Virus record (IMG/VR): IMGVR_UViG_3300037044_000250
Location: 1 to 50,014 of that record
Strand: one strand, 5' to 3'
Length of the DNA: 50,014 bases
Source of the DNA: a virus
Taxonomy: Duplodnaviria; Caudoviricetes
The position numbers and the translations under genes were made by a program. This document shows positions 48,757 to 50,014 of the stretch, piece by piece. The notes beneath the pieces are model-generated. The model was not told the origin of the DNA and made no database searches. It was given only the letters and a program-made list of their open reading frames with translations. Positions within the stretch are counted from its first letter, which is position 1, and each line of letters opens with the position of its first letter.

Positions 48757-48978
48757 TTATTGTAAATAGGGTTTTGAATTGATGCATTTAAAAAGATCGA
48801 TGGCTCTTTTAATTTCACAGGGAGCACCTTCCATCCAGAGAACAGGGTCGGTGCCGGTCACAAATGCAATTTTCTTGGCGGTCCCCCAAGAAGGGCGCCT
48901 GCGCCCATTGACGATGTTGGACAATGCCTGTTTTGAGATGCCGACTGTTTCAGCAATTTTGGAATAATTCATTTTCAT
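48757..48978 (-). CDS. Cro-like XRE HTH regulator
   Basis: SKIAETVGISKQALSNIVNGRRRPS; divergent from the cI-like gene. Confidence 0.85.
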   Translation of the reverse strand: MKMNYSKIAETVGISKQALSNIVNGRRRPSWGTAKKIAFVTGTDPVLWMEGAPCEIKRAIDLFKCINSKPYLQ

Positions 48979-48987
48979 GCCGTTAAA

Positions 48988-49015
48988 ATTATAACAATAT
49001 GAATACGCTTGTCAA
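48988..49015 (-). promoter_or_regulatory. early lytic promoter (PR-like)
   Basis: Consensus TTGACA-16-TATAAT with TGn extension, about 9 nt upstream of the cro start. Confidence 0.75.
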
Positions 49016-49060
49016 TTATATATTTCACACAGAATACATTTTTTTTTGTAAAATATCGTC

Positions 49061-49567
49061 ATGAGCTACAATGATATTTTTAGAGATTTTTTAAATGATT
49101 GGATAAAGGCAAACTGGAGAGGTAACTATACAGAATTTGCAGAATTCATTGGCTTGTCAAGACAGGGGCTATCAAACATCTTGCGAGGGTACAGGGCGGC
49201 ATCTGAACAAAGACGAATTGCGATATGCAAGAAACTCGGCGTGGATTATAGCTCCTTAATCAAAGATATGGTCGGGAAAGAGGATAAAATCAAGGTGCTC
49301 AACGGCACCGTCACTCAATTCCCGAAGAAAACGATGGATCCAAAACTTGAAGCCTTGAAAGCGGATCTGTCCGAGATATATGAATACGGCAATCCGGCAA
49401 TGATCGCTGCGATTGAAGCGGGATTAGCTTCATTTAAGGCATCTATCCAAATGGAAATAAAAGCCAAAAAAAGGGCAGTGCTGTCATTGGTGGAGGACGG
49501 CGAGTCACTGATAAATCGGCCCTCGCCCAGCAAAAAGCGCGGGCCATCGACCTCAGGGCCAAGTTGA
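49061..49567 (+). CDS. CI-like repressor (XRE HTH, no S24 peptidase domain seen)
   Basis: YTEFAEFIGLSRQGLSNILRG; TAAAAT 6 nt before ATG suggests leaderless mRNA. Confidence 0.8.
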   Translation: MSYNDIFRDFLNDWIKANWRGNYTEFAEFIGLSRQGLSNILRGYRAASEQRRIAICKKLGVDYSSLIKDMVGKEDKIKVLNGTVTQFPKKTMDPKLEALKADLSEIYEYGNPAMIAAIEAGLASFKASIQMEIKAKKRAVLSLVEDGESLINRPSPSKKRGPSTSGPS

Positions 49568-49817
49568 CAGATTGCGACGATCAAGGCTGCGACGAAATAA
49601 AAAAAGGGTGTTATAAAAAATACCAGAACGTGTACATTGTGGTATTCACATGCGACTGGCTGCTTTATTACTGGCCGCAATATGTCGCCACGGAGAAGGC
49701 AGTTAACACGCAATTTGGTTAAATATCGCGCAATCGTAACAGCCCTCCATACAATCTGTTACACCCTACACAACGGATGTGCAAATGGCTGTAAAAGCCA
49801 TACAAAATAGTCTTGTC

Positions 49818-49868
49818 CGGATGGTTCGCCTGGGGCGCTTAACGTGGAAATCGTTGATTATCAATAGG
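49818..49868 (+). pseudogene. 3' remnant of higB toxin
   Basis: Encodes DGSPGALNVEIVDYQ*, matching the HigB C-terminal NVEIVDY motif, directly before higA. Confidence 0.6.
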
Positions 49869-49876
49869 AGGCAACT

Positions 49877-50014
49877 ATGGCGCGACTTATCATTCATCCA
49901 GGGGAACACCTGGCCGACGAGCTAAAGACTCTCGGTATGAGCGCAAACGAACTTGCAAAAGAATTGGGTGTGCCGACGAACTGGCTCACGCAGATCATTG
50001 CTGGCAAGATCTGA
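49877..50014 (+). pseudogene. higA: HigA antitoxin, truncated at 45 aa
   Basis: MARLIIHPGEHLADELKTLGMSANELAKELGVPTNWLTQIIAGKI* (IHPGE motif), RBS AGGAGG, early TGA. Confidence 0.75.

Larger units (their letters stand above)
1507..49567. mobile_element. lambda-like prophage (no integrase seen in window)
   Basis: Contiguous cI/cro, recombination, terminase, replication, lambda-type head, tail and lysis genes. Confidence 0.93.

Overview
The window is almost entirely a lambda-like (siphovirus-type) prophage, mostly on the minus strand. From right to left it holds: cI/cro switch, exonuclease/RecT recombination genes, RuvC-like resolvase, terS/terL, replication initiator with iterons and DnaB, two convergent RelE/HigBA-type toxin-antitoxin pairs, an ~8 kb non-coding array of covarying hairpins, gpW-portal-S49 protease-decoration-capsid, a tail module (-1 frameshift chaperone, very short tape measure), tail/adhesin genes, and a lysis region interleaved with two B12-dependent radical SAM genes. 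It is bounded by a broken IS110 on the left and a broken higBA on the right; no integrase is visible. The most striking unexplained feature is the 26.7-34.4 kb modular hairpin array (about 55-60 stem-loops by eye, compensatory substitutions, a recurring GATAAAAGC motif). Many gene junctions carry palindromic or heptamer-repeat elements. The host is possibly Desulfobacterota (inference only). All calls come from motif recognition by eye; no searches were run.
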